From: a virus
Taxonomy: Duplodnaviria > Caudoviricetes
IMG/VR virus record: IMGVR_UViG_3300042508_000526
Length of the DNA: 64,000 nucleotides
Direction: 5' to 3' (one strand)
Shown: piece by piece, positions 47,089-57,127 of the stretch
Numbering within the stretch: the stretch's first letter is position 1
How the letters are laid out: each line of letters starts with the position of its first letter
The notes under the pieces: model-generated
Databases searched by the model: none
What the model saw: the letters and a program-made list of their open reading frames with translations, nothing else
What the model was told of the DNA's origin: nothing
Made by a program: the position numbers and the translations under genes

Positions 47089-50085
47089 CTAGACGCGTCC
47101 GATAGCCATTCTGAAATTTTGAAAAGCCGTCGCGAGAGCCGCCGCTTGTGTGTCGTCTAGCCCCAGCCCGACAGAATAATCTGCAATCCGGCCGGGCCAC
47201 GATTCGTACGGGCTAGATTCAACACCGGTGCCGTCGGTTGTGTCGTAAAAGCTCGTGCCAGAAGCTAACCGCGTTTTGGTATTTAAATACGTCGTCGTAT
47301 TAATTAGCGACTGCGCGCCATATACACCGTTTACATATCCGCGAACACTCGTGTTGCTTGTGCGCGAAATGACGTAATTACGGAACACGTTATCAAACGC
47401 CATAGTGGTAAAACTTACGCCGCTGCTGACGGTGCCTGTCACCTGCCCGCTAGCGGCAACAGAAAAACCGTACGTGCCACCAGTGCCGTTAACGTTTTGA
47501 AACGTGGCTAGCGTGCGCCGATTGCCCGTCCACGTAGCGTTCGCCGCAATCGTCGTTGCCATGTGAACGTTTGTCAGATCAGACAAGACGTTTTTAATCG
47601 GCTTGTTTGACAGCACTAGATGCTTTGTGCCGGAAGTCGTGTTGGCGTTGAAGCCGCCATTTAGCGTGTAGTCAGCGGTTGTGTAGCCAGTATTGACATC
47701 AAGCAAGCCGCCGTGGGCATGCGGCGCGTACGCAGTTAAAGAACCAACTTCCAGCTGCGCGCCCCAAAAATACGTACCCGCGCCAACAACGCCGGGATGA
47801 GACGATTCGGTCGGCAGCGTCGTGCCGACAATGTACATCGGCCGGTCGTTTGTGGCTGTAGTGTTCGTTGCTGTAATCGAGCACCGCCACCAGCCGTTGC
47901 CCGCAGCAGTAATCGTCGGGGAAGGGGCGGGCCCGAATGTGCCTGAGACGGCTCCCGTGTCCAAATCGAAGTACGCGCCGGTGTTTTGCCCCACATAAAG
48001 ATTGAGCTGCGCGTAACGCAGATCTTTTTTCTTGATGTAGCAGCTCAGCGTATACGTTGTACTCGCGGCAAGATCGACGTTTTGCCGCACGCCATAGTTG
48101 TTCGTCACCGTGTTGTTTTCAATAAACAGGTCGGCCGTCAGCGTGCCGTTCGGAGCCGCGATCGCATTTTGCGTAACCGTGCCGTTGACGATTAACCAAC
48201 GCGAGAAGTTTTCATTCAAACCGAGAATGTTTTTTGTCGCCCAACCGTTTACAGGGCCGGCATACAGCGGCACAACGGCGGCATTGATATTAGCACCCGC
48301 GCATAAATTCAATCTGTAAATCTTGTCGCGCAGATCGGCGGCGTCGATTTCTCTACAAAAATTAGCTACAGCGCTAAGCGTGGTTTCGTCCGCCGCGCCA
48401 CCATTTGCAACCACGCGCTGATACCAACTTTGCGCGTCAGCGTGTAAGTCAAGGCGGCTATCAAACGACCGTCCAAGCGCCCGCTGAAAAGTTTGCATAA
48501 TCGTGCTGTAGGTTGCGGCTTCAGCCGCTGTAAAATTTGTCCCAACAGAATACGCACGTAAACAGCTGCTGGGGTTTTGCGCCGATGCCGCGGCGTTTAC
48601 GGCATACACAATAATGTTTGACGCATTTGTAGCCTGCGGCGACAAGTTATTAGTGGCGCTCGCGGCAACTGCGCCATTTTTGTACAGCGCTGCTTGCGTA
48701 GCGTTGTTTGAGCCGATCCAAAACGCCTCACTGGTATTATTTACCGGATCTGTTACATACGACACGGACGCACCCAACCCAGAATACCGAACAGTGGTTG
48801 GAGGACTGCCGTAGGCTATAAACCAGTCAGTGGTGACGCCGGACGTGACAGATGAGATGAGCGTAGCGTAAGAGTTTGTCGGTAGCGGCGGCGCTTCATA
48901 AACAGCCAAGTGCCGGTCATTTGTCGCGGCTGTGTTTTGCGGTAATCCGGTATTGATATAAGCGCTGTTCAATACGCCTAACAAACCGCCAGCCACGCCC
49001 GAGCTTTGATAATTTGTCGTCGGGAAATTTGTTGCCGCGTCAATTTCACTGCCGTACTGTGTTTCCGCTAATGATTGTCCGCGATACAAGGGCACAAGCG
49101 CGGCGTTCAAACTATCGCCGCACATAAGATTCAGGCGATAAAACTTTGTTCGCAAACTCGCGGCCTCAATCGCGGAACAGAACGTAGAAACAGCTGTGGC
49201 GGTTTGCGGAGAAACCGTACTACCGTTAACGTATGCGCGATTGATCCAGTTTTGCGCTTCTGCATTAGTGACCTGCGGCGCCATTTGTACATTATGTTTG
49301 CTGGTTAAGTAATTCCGAACAGCAGTGATTTGCGCAGTTGTTAACGCGGAAGAAAACAACAGCACTTCTTTATACTCACCGTCGCCGGGATAGTTGTAGA
49401 TGCCCGCTGTTGTTAGATGGCCGCCAATTCCCGGTACAACAGTAGCGTTTTGCTGCGCGATACTAGACGCAGTCGCAGAATATGTAGGCGCGCCGTTTAA
49501 AAAATACGACTCTACGTTGTTTATCGTGCGTTGATTGTGCGCTTCGTGCAAAGTTAAGTCTGTTCTATGTTGAACGCCGACTATAGACAGCCGCCCGCTC
49601 CGCGCAAATGACGTGAAGTACGTGTTAGTCGTCCACGGATGATGATTAGGAAAAGCGCCGGTGTCGCCGACAAAACTGTGGAGCGCACCGAAAGGGGTCG
49701 CGTCTGTTCGGCGCGCGACGATGAATAAAGACGCGCCGGAACTATTCAGCGTAATTTGCGGCGCAACTAAAAAATCTGACGAAAAAACAGTTGCGGTGCC
49801 AGCTGCAGCCGCGGTGTTATAAGTTGGTTTGCGCGCGTTGTCTGTTTGCGTCAAATGTTTGCTGTTACCGCTACGATCTTGCACAAAACCAACAGCAGAC
49901 CCGTTTACAACAGCCCCGGTGCCGTCGTTGTTTTGTTTTAAGTAATCGCTATTCGAAAAGTCCCACCAGCCGGCCAAACCCGGAATCTCAGCGGGGCTGA
50001 ACGTTTTAGATATCTTTGAGCGGGCGCCGCTTAAAGCAGTCGTTTGCCCGCCCGAAATAACGTTGTTGATTTTTATGATGCCCAT
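47089..50085 (-). CDS. tail/adhesin protein with LamG-like and FYRLNL modules
   Basis: WWDFSN...DRSGNSKH; two YRLNL.C modules as in 41684..44968. Confidence 0.8.
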   Translation of the reverse strand: MGIIKINNVISGGQTTALSGARSKISKTFSPAEIPGLAGWWDFSNSDYLKQNNDGTGAVVNGSAVGFVQDRSGNSKHLTQTDNARKPTYNTAAAAGTATVFSSDFLVAPQITLNSSGASLFIVARRTDATPFGALHSFVGDTGAFPNHHPWTTNTYFTSFARSGRLSIVGVQHRTDLTLHEAHNQRTINNVESYFLNGAPTYSATASSIAQQNATVVPGIGGHLTTAGIYNYPGDGEYKEVLLFSSALTTAQITAVRNYLTSKHNVQMAPQVTNAEAQNWINRAYVNGSTVSPQTATAVSTFCSAIEAASLRTKFYRLNLMCGDSLNAALVPLYRGQSLAETQYGSEIDAATNFPTTNYQSSGVAGGLLGVLNSAYINTGLPQNTAATNDRHLAVYEAPPLPTNSYATLISSVTSGVTTDWFIAYGSPPTTVRYSGLGASVSYVTDPVNNTSEAFWIGSNNATQAALYKNGAVAASATNNLSPQATNASNIIVYAVNAAASAQNPSSCLRAYSVGTNFTAAEAATYSTIMQTFQRALGRSFDSRLDLHADAQSWYQRVVANGGAADETTLSAVANFCREIDAADLRDKIYRLNLCAGANINAAVVPLYAGPVNGWATKNILGLNENFSRWLIVNGTVTQNAIAAPNGTLTADLFIENNTVTNNYGVRQNVDLAASTTYTLSCYIKKKDLRYAQLNLYVGQNTGAYFDLDTGAVSGTFGPAPSPTITAAGNGWWRCSITATNTTATNDRPMYIVGTTLPTESSHPGVVGAGTYFWGAQLEVGSLTAYAPHAHGGLLDVNTGYTTADYTLNGGFNANTTSGTKHLVLSNKPIKNVLSDLTNVHMATTIAANATWTGNRRTLATFQNVNGTGGTYGFSVAASGQVTGTVSSGVSFTTMAFDNVFRNYVISRTSNTSVRGYVNGVYGAQSLINTTTYLNTKTRLASGTSFYDTTDGTGVESSPYESWPGRIADYSVGLGLDDTQAAALATAFQNFRMAIGRV

Positions 50086-50086
50086 A

Positions 50087-51559
50087 TTACACCAACGTAA
50101 TCTTCCATTTGTTGGCCAGATAACGCTCAACTATACGGCACTCGTTACTGCTGAGTACGCGGCTAAAAGCCAACAACTCAAATGGACGGCCAACCAAAAA
50201 CTGTTCGTTTGCCAGCGGTACAGTCCCGACTGCAAACGTGTCAGAAGTATAGGCCACCAGTGCCGGTGTTGGCGTCGTAGATACAGACTGCGCGCCATTT
50301 AAACGTATTGTTACGTTATTTGTGCTGGGATTGATTGCCCATGTCGTGATGCCTGTTCTGTTTTGCGCGGAAACACCAGTGGAGACAGCGGCAGTATAAA
50401 CGTCTAAACCAATTTGAGTGCTGCCAGAACCCATTACCCAACGTTTTCCAGCCGCACTGTCACCGACAGCGAATAACGAAGAAAAATTTACGCCCCCCGA
50501 GAAATATGCTGCGCACAACGTCATACCGTTTTTAAACACTTGCGCGCCCGTACCAGACAACCACTGATTTGTGCCGTTGAGCGATATGGTCGCGCCGCCG
50601 GGCTGATAGTTAGACAGCAGAGGTTTAGACGCCGCGGTTGCTTGTGTAGCGTGCCTAGAATTACCAGATTTATCGCCCCAGTAGCCCACTGCCGTCCCGG
50701 GGTACGCGCTGTCGGCACTTGGGACGTTCCACTTGGCACTCAGGTACTTTTCAATCCGGCGTCGCTCCGCATCTGTGACCGCGCGGTTATACAAAATGAC
50801 CTCATGGATTTTGCCGCTGCCGTGCGTGCCCCCCGTGACCAGCACGCCAAAACCCGCTGTGGTCGAATACAGGTCGTCAGGGTCAAACGTCGCCGATAAT
50901 AGCCCGTTGCCGTACGTGCTAACAGAACTCGTGCTCGCAAAAATAAGCGAGCTTAAAAAGCGCCCGGTCTTTGCGTTAGCTGCCGTATTGACATTGTTTA
51001 CAGTACCAGCCTGCGTCGCGAAGTATTGCGTAGTCGGATTAACGTTTTGCCCGGCTACATAAACTGCTGCATTTGTTGTACGCCCGCAAACCCTGCCGTT
51101 GGTAACCTCGCCAAACTCGCTATGCACGATAAACCAAGATTGCGCCGTAGTAGCCGGCACGCTGGCGTTGTGCAACCACTTAGCTTGTGCGCTTTGCGTA
51201 ATGAAATAATCGCTGTACACACTGCGCACGGGCTGATTGTTGTCTGTCTTGACCGCTAACTCTGGTCGGCTTGCCGTATTTGTCGCCACCATGTGATAGC
51301 CGTTGCCAGACTTATCAGCCCAGTAGCCGATCTTGTTGCCGGTAACGAAAACGTTACCAGTGCCGCCGGTATTCTGCTTTAGCGTGCTTAAATCGTTGGC
51401 GTCGTACCACGCTAAACAACCAGATATATCTGTCGGCGCGGCGACTGCTGTCACACGCCCGGCAGGATCTTGACTGAGCGTGCTCAAATCGGCGGCGTCG
51501 AGCCACAGCGCCAGATTAGAGATGTTCCGCGGGTCAAACGGCGCCGAAAGAAAAGACAT
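50087..51559 (-). CDS. LamG-like domain protein
   Basis: WLDAAD, WYDAND, WADKSGN, EVILYNRA. Confidence 0.8.
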   Translation of the reverse strand: MSFLSAPFDPRNISNLALWLDAADLSTLSQDPAGRVTAVAAPTDISGCLAWYDANDLSTLKQNTGGTGNVFVTGNKIGYWADKSGNGYHMVATNTASRPELAVKTDNNQPVRSVYSDYFITQSAQAKWLHNASVPATTAQSWFIVHSEFGEVTNGRVCGRTTNAAVYVAGQNVNPTTQYFATQAGTVNNVNTAANAKTGRFLSSLIFASTSSVSTYGNGLLSATFDPDDLYSTTAGFGVLVTGGTHGSGKIHEVILYNRAVTDAERRRIEKYLSAKWNVPSADSAYPGTAVGYWGDKSGNSRHATQATAASKPLLSNYQPGGATISLNGTNQWLSGTGAQVFKNGMTLCAAYFSGGVNFSSLFAVGDSAAGKRWVMGSGSTQIGLDVYTAAVSTGVSAQNRTGITTWAINPSTNNVTIRLNGAQSVSTTPTPALVAYTSDTFAVGTVPLANEQFLVGRPFELLAFSRVLSSNECRIVERYLANKWKITLV

Positions 51560-51574
51560 GTGTGTGCCGCCTCG

Positions 51575-53473
51575 TTATGCTGGCGTACCGAACGACACTT
51601 CACTCGTCACGACAGCCGCATGCCAACGAAGCGTGGCGTTACTTAAACCCGTAACTGTGATAATTAAAGCCTCGTTCGTGTCATCAGCGGTCAGCGCTAC
51701 CGCAGCATTATCCATACCCGTGTCATACCAGCGCTCAGACGTGACTGTCCCCATAAGCGCAGTATTGTTTGAGTTGTCGCGCCTGATAGCGCCGCGCAGT
51801 GTCCACGCAGCCGCTTTGTTATTTGTAGAGTCGTATGCTACTACTTTAGCTTCAAACTGCAATACTGTTTGAGCGACCAGCGTTAGCCGTTCGTTTGCGA
51901 CTGTTGGGCCTAGAAAAATCTCGGCGGGCGTGCTTGAGGCCGTGGCGCCGCGATAGTTGTAAATCACGGCGCGGGCATCGCCGCGGTTGGCAAACTGGCC
52001 GGCGCCGGTTACGTGCAGACCCTGCATCGTAACACGAGCCCGTTCAGTGCCGGAGGAGCCAAGCGTAAAGCGGACAAAATTGCTCGCGACCGTGTTGCTC
52101 CACACCGAACCAATATCAACGCTTTGCGACGAGCTGCGCAGTACTATGTCGCCGTTTTGTCCGCGACATTGAATTGTCGCGCTGCCGCTTTGAAAAGTTA
52201 AATGGCCGGAAGTGTCTGTTGTAATGTACGCGTATGTGTCTCCTTGCGGGGACGCAAAATACGCGCGACCAAACGTCGAGGTCGTATTGCGAAAATACGC
52301 GTAACCGTTTACGTCAAGCACGTCGACTGGCGTAAGTGTGTTTACACCAAGCCGCCCGCCCATTACGGCCATAACGTTGTTTTGCGCCAGCGTGCGGGCA
52401 GTGGCGTCAAGGCTGACGCCAATGCTACGCTGCCCCGAAACGGCCATCGCAGCGTCGCCAATTTCGATGTTTCCAGTGCCCGCCCAGTTAACAAAAACAC
52501 TGCCATTAGAGTTTGTCGGGTTTATCGTGTTGCCGTCAAACCGCAGATTGTCGATGTTGATTTGACCGGTGACGTTCAGCGCTGACCCGTCAAACGTAAA
52601 ATTGCTACTACCAGCTAGCACGCCAGAAGAGTTGTACTGCACTTGCCCGCTAGAGCCGGCTGGAAACGCGCTGACTGTAATCGTGCCCGTCGTGCCGTCA
52701 GCCACCACAGAAATGTTCGTGCCGCCGACGAGGTCATAGCTTGTGCCGGGCGTTATCGTGCCGCTTACCTTTAAATCGCCCACTACGTCTAGAGGCGCTG
52801 TGGGCGCAGCCGTGCCGACACCCACATAACCGTCATCTCGCACAGTGAGCAAAGGCGCTAAAGACGAATTGACAACAGTAAGAGCCGTCGACGCGGAAGT
52901 TGCGCCACTGCCGAAAATGTGCAACCGGGAACTCGGTGTTCCTCCGATTCCGATACCATTTAAATAACCGTAAACAGTCAGCAAATTGTTGTAAAAAGCT
53001 GCCGAGCCAGAGTTAACAGTCAAAGCCGAGACAGTGGCATCAATAACTGAAAATGCGCCATTTACGTCGAACGAATTGTTTACCGAAGTATGCGTGTGCG
53101 CTGCCGGTGTAAACTCTGTCGGCTTGTTTGCAATTGCGTCCCACTCTGGCGTGACATCTGCTATTTCGACATAACTCGCCGCTAACGTTTTGTCGCCTGC
53201 GCCTGTGTACACCCATCTCCGCCCGTCAGTAGTTGTGACAAGCGAACCTTTTTCGATATCCGCCTGTTGGCCGACCGTTAAAGCCGCAATTCCGCCGGTA
53301 GAAAAAAGTTGATTAGATGCCGCCGACGCGTACGCTAGCGCATTCCACGCAGTTACCCCGTCGCCAAATTTGAATTTGCGGGTATCGCTTTCAAGGCACA
53401 GTTCTCCAGCCGCGAGCGTTGGATTTACCAACGCCAGATCTGCTGCCGTACCGCGTTTTAATTGAATGTCCAT
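51575..53473 (-). CDS. tail fibre with Mtd-N-like N-terminal domain
   Basis: IQLKRGTAA...NPTLAAGELCLESDTRKFKFGDG..AWNAL.Y. Confidence 0.8.
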   Translation of the reverse strand: MDIQLKRGTAADLALVNPTLAAGELCLESDTRKFKFGDGVTAWNALAYASAASNQLFSTGGIAALTVGQQADIEKGSLVTTTDGRRWVYTGAGDKTLAASYVEIADVTPEWDAIANKPTEFTPAAHTHTSVNNSFDVNGAFSVIDATVSALTVNSGSAAFYNNLLTVYGYLNGIGIGGTPSSRLHIFGSGATSASTALTVVNSSLAPLLTVRDDGYVGVGTAAPTAPLDVVGDLKVSGTITPGTSYDLVGGTNISVVADGTTGTITVSAFPAGSSGQVQYNSSGVLAGSSNFTFDGSALNVTGQINIDNLRFDGNTINPTNSNGSVFVNWAGTGNIEIGDAAMAVSGQRSIGVSLDATARTLAQNNVMAVMGGRLGVNTLTPVDVLDVNGYAYFRNTTSTFGRAYFASPQGDTYAYITTDTSGHLTFQSGSATIQCRGQNGDIVLRSSSQSVDIGSVWSNTVASNFVRFTLGSSGTERARVTMQGLHVTGAGQFANRGDARAVIYNYRGATASSTPAEIFLGPTVANERLTLVAQTVLQFEAKVVAYDSTNNKAAAWTLRGAIRRDNSNNTALMGTVTSERWYDTGMDNAAVALTADDTNEALIITVTGLSNATLRWHAAVVTSEVSFGTPA

Positions 53474-53480
53474 AGCGTTA

Positions 53481-55781
53481 TTAATTACTAAGCTTCTTTA
53501 GCGCAAACGTACCAACGACCGTAGGATACACTGCAGTCCATGTCGTGTCAGATCCGATTTGCGTCCATGTCGTCAGATTTACGTTGTCGCCTGTGCCTAA
53601 ATTTTTATTTGTATTTGTACCGACCACGTATAACCGACCCGCGCGAATAGCGCAAGCGCTCGAATAGCCCGCCGAAGCAAAAGTCCAATCAGTGTCTGTG
53701 CCTACTTGCGTTGGCGTGCTGGTGTTAGAGGGCAACGCGCCCAGCGTGCCCGCACTTGCGCCAAACGCGTACAGCCCGCCGTTACGAATACCAACTACCA
53801 GCCCGCGACCACCGCTGATACTAGTCCAGCCAGAACCACTACCGGCTACCTGCGTGATTACGGCGTCATAAGAAATTGAATACAGCAGCCCGTTGCGAAT
53901 GCCGTAGATAGTAGCCGGATTAATAATGTCTACCGCAAGATGCGTCCAGCCGCCGCTATCGCCAGATTGAACGGGCGTCCAACGAACTGTCGCAAAGCTA
54001 AGGCCCCACAAATACAAGTCGCCGTTTCGAATGCCGGCGACCATGTATATGTGCCCCGTTACCGCCGTCCAACCGGTTAGATTTCCTACCTGCGTCGGCG
54101 TCGCCGCATTAAGTGCGCTTTCGCCGAGGCCGAGTTGCGCAAACCCGTTATCACCCCAGCTGTACAAGTACCCAGAACGAATAGCAAACTTTGCGGCGTA
54201 CGTGCCGTCTGAGGTAAGGCCGACGTACGTCCAGTCGTCTAAATAGCCGATTTGTGTCGGCGCAAATCGCCGCTGATTTTGCCCGTCGCCTAAGTTGTTC
54301 CATGTGGGCTGCCCCCACGCATACAATTTGCCGCCAGCTACGCCGATAACATAAGTATCGGCGATAGTGTTTGTTTGCGGAATTGCGAGCATTGACCAGT
54401 TATAAGAAACTGGCATGAGCGTAAACGTTGCGTATTCAGTTACAAAATTTTGCCCGGCTTGACCGTTTGTATTTTCTCCTGTGCCGTAAAGTTTGCCCGC
54501 GCGCAAAGCTAGTAAATGCGCGGCACCAGTCGTCGAGGTGGCCCCGCTAGCAGATATGGCAGTCCAATCTGCGTCTGCGCCAATTTGAGTCATAACGCGG
54601 CGGTCAACTACGTCACCAAGACCGAGTTGCCCCTGCCGGTTTGAGCCTATACCGTAAAGACGGCCCGCGGCTATTCCGACAGCGTACGCGTTACCGGCAG
54701 CAATGTGCGTCCACGTCGTCATCAGACCTATTTGAATAGGCGTAGTCGAGACGATGTTTGTGCCGTTGCTGAGCTGATAGTTAGTGTTAGAGCCCCAGCC
54801 GTACAACGATCCACCCGCAATGCCGTAACCGGTCGCATAGCCGGCGGCGACGCTCGTCCAATTAGATAGCAGACCCACGCGTGTGGGCGAGTTTACTTGA
54901 CCGGACGCGCTGCCATTTCCAAGCCGGCCGGACGTGGCTAACCCCCAAGAATAAAGTTGGCCGTTTTTAATTGCCAAAATATAGCGATCGCCAACCGACA
55001 CAGCCGACCAATCTGTGTCTGTGCCAACCTGTGTTGGCGTAGTGATTGTGGTGGTCGTCGTGCCGTCACCTTTCTGCCCGTTAGTGCCGGCACCCCACAC
55101 ATAAAGCCTGCCGCCGCGAATAGCCGCAGAGTTTGAACCGCCGGCGGCCACGTGAGTCCAGTCTGTAAAAGACCCAATCTGCACAGGCGACAGAACGTCA
55201 GTCGAGTTGGCAACACCGTTGCCGATTGTCCCGCTGACGTTATCGCCCCACGCAAAAAGCGCGCCGTTTTTAATCGCCAGCGTATGGTTTAAACCCGCAC
55301 TAACAGCTGTCCAGTCACTGTCGGTGCCCAGTCGCGTCGGGCTGTTTATTGCAGTTGTAGTGCCTTGCCCGTGGCGCCCGTCAGAGCCAGTGCCCCACGT
55401 ATAGAGCGCGCCATTAAGAATAACGCACGACCACGTGTTACCAGCCGCAATAGCCGTAAAAGTAATGCTGTCAGCAAACGTCGTAGTTTTTGAAAGTTGC
55501 GTAACTTGCGTGACACGACCATCCGCTGAAATACCGCTATTATTAGACCCGGCGTAAAACAAGTTGTTTGTAGTTTGCACTACGCCGCCGTCAATGCTGC
55601 CGACAATAGAGTCGCCCGGAATCTTTATGTGCGGCAAATTCTGATAAGGCGTAACGCCGTCTCCAATCTTTAATAGATTGGTGTCTGTCTCGTAGCAAAA
55701 TTCGCCGGCGGCTAAAACAGGATTTAACGTTTCCAAACTCGTGGAGTAGCCGCGCCGCGTTTTTATTGTTGTAGTAGCCAT
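53481..55781 (-). CDS. Mtd-N + RCC1/BLIP-II beta-propeller tail protein
   Basis: NPVLAAGEFCYETDT...GDG; repeated GxLYxWGxN..GQLG..PTQIG..xDW. Confidence 0.85.
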   Translation of the reverse strand: MATTTIKTRRGYSTSLETLNPVLAAGEFCYETDTNLLKIGDGVTPYQNLPHIKIPGDSIVGSIDGGVVQTTNNLFYAGSNNSGISADGRVTQVTQLSKTTTFADSITFTAIAAGNTWSCVILNGALYTWGTGSDGRHGQGTTTAINSPTRLGTDSDWTAVSAGLNHTLAIKNGALFAWGDNVSGTIGNGVANSTDVLSPVQIGSFTDWTHVAAGGSNSAAIRGGRLYVWGAGTNGQKGDGTTTTTITTPTQVGTDTDWSAVSVGDRYILAIKNGQLYSWGLATSGRLGNGSASGQVNSPTRVGLLSNWTSVAAGYATGYGIAGGSLYGWGSNTNYQLSNGTNIVSTTPIQIGLMTTWTHIAAGNAYAVGIAAGRLYGIGSNRQGQLGLGDVVDRRVMTQIGADADWTAISASGATSTTGAAHLLALRAGKLYGTGENTNGQAGQNFVTEYATFTLMPVSYNWSMLAIPQTNTIADTYVIGVAGGKLYAWGQPTWNNLGDGQNQRRFAPTQIGYLDDWTYVGLTSDGTYAAKFAIRSGYLYSWGDNGFAQLGLGESALNAATPTQVGNLTGWTAVTGHIYMVAGIRNGDLYLWGLSFATVRWTPVQSGDSGGWTHLAVDIINPATIYGIRNGLLYSISYDAVITQVAGSGSGWTSISGGRGLVVGIRNGGLYAFGASAGTLGALPSNTSTPTQVGTDTDWTFASAGYSSACAIRAGRLYVVGTNTNKNLGTGDNVNLTTWTQIGSDTTWTAVYPTVVGTFALKKLSN

Positions 55782-55783
55782 AT

Positions 55784-57103
55784 TTAGTATGACGGGAAGC
55801 TGCTGAGACTAATTTGTGTTAACTGGTATCCGCCGCCAAGCTGCGTCATCATATCGTTTATAGCGATTTTTTGCTGGACAATGCTCGTGCCGCTTCCCGC
55901 GCCACCAAAGGTCCAAACACACAACAGCACCAACTGCCCGCTAAGAATTAAAAAAGCGGGGTTACCGGAATCGCCGACAACGATGTTTTCAAAAAAAGCG
56001 AAACGAGACGATGTCGTGTTTGGCGCGGAAAATGATGCGCGATTAGCTGTTATAGCACTTAACTCTGATACCAAAGCGTTTTCTTCTTGATCAAAACATA
56101 GCGCCGGGATTCGGGCCGACAACGAAATATTTGGCAACTTGGTCGCCCAATCATCCGGTAAAATTCGCGCGAAAGAAATACCGACAGGTACATCAGAATC
56201 GAGCACGCCGATTGCGATGTCGTTTGCGTAGCCGTCAGACGCGCCGACGTATAATGGGTGCTGCCTAACAGCAGTAACAGTTCTCGTAACAACGGTGTTG
56301 TCGCTCTGCACGAAGCGGATAGTAGCGCCGGCCGAAATCTGATAGTGCGCGGCAAACAAAATGTGCCGAGGACTTATAAGTGTGCCGGCACGCGTATTCG
56401 CGCCCGTACTATTCCAAGGCGACACACAGGTTAAATCCAGATCTGCGGCCCAACAATTTGTATTCCGCGTGTACGTACCAGCAGTGTGATCTTGTACAGT
56501 AAAAATTGGTTTAACTTTATTTGCAACAGCGATGCGACTGTCTACTGCCGTAGTCGCGTTTTCAGCTGTTGAGCCTGTAACCCAGCTGACAAAGGTTTGC
56601 GCCGCCGTACCATTTAAAAGAGACACAACAACAGTCTCTTCGTAAAACTCGCCAGAGCCGTCGGTCGCGTCCGCGCGCAGCACTGTTGTTAGTGCGCCTG
56701 CGCTGCTCGCCAAAACATTGTTTACAATTGTCGTGGCTGGATTTGTCGTGGACAACGTTGTTGGAACAAACACGTTGGGCACGTGCTGCCGCATAGCAAT
56801 CGCGTAGTCGTATATTAACGTGGGGCCTACGGACTCCAGCAAGTTAAGATCGCGGTCAACTTTATTGCTCGTGCTGCTTGGCGCAAACGTACGCTCAACC
56901 GGCGTAAGCGTGAAAGAAAAACGCGGAACTACGCCGCCGTCTACAATTTCAGGCGTTGTAAGGTCAGTTACAACGCCGCTATCTTTTTTTGCAAACAACT
57001 TGCCGTCAGCTGTGTTGACAGCAAGCTCGCCAGCGGCTAATTGCGCAGCCGTTGGAATAGCGCCAGAAACAGCGCTCCGCTTATGCGTGATAGTGTTCGG
57101 CAT
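55784..57103 (-). CDS. tail fibre with C-terminal trypsin-like protease domain
   Basis: GELAVNTADGKLF N-terminus; AAHY, NDIAI, GDSGNP triad. Confidence 0.75.
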   Translation of the reverse strand: MPNTITHKRSAVSGAIPTAAQLAAGELAVNTADGKLFAKKDSGVVTDLTTPEIVDGGVVPRFSFTLTPVERTFAPSSTSNKVDRDLNLLESVGPTLIYDYAIAMRQHVPNVFVPTTLSTTNPATTIVNNVLASSAGALTTVLRADATDGSGEFYEETVVVSLLNGTAAQTFVSWVTGSTAENATTAVDSRIAVANKVKPIFTVQDHTAGTYTRNTNCWAADLDLTCVSPWNSTGANTRAGTLISPRHILFAAHYQISAGATIRFVQSDNTVVTRTVTAVRQHPLYVGASDGYANDIAIGVLDSDVPVGISFARILPDDWATKLPNISLSARIPALCFDQEENALVSELSAITANRASFSAPNTTSSRFAFFENIVVGDSGNPAFLILSGQLVLLCVWTFGGAGSGTSIVQQKIAINDMMTQLGGGYQLTQISLSSFPSY

Positions 57104-57127
57104 ACGGCCCCCAATAACGAAAAGCTA

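Noticed and set aside
51575-55781. diversity-generating retroelement suggested by Mtd-N domains
   Set aside because: No reverse transcriptase or TR/VR repeat pair differing at adenines is visible in the window.
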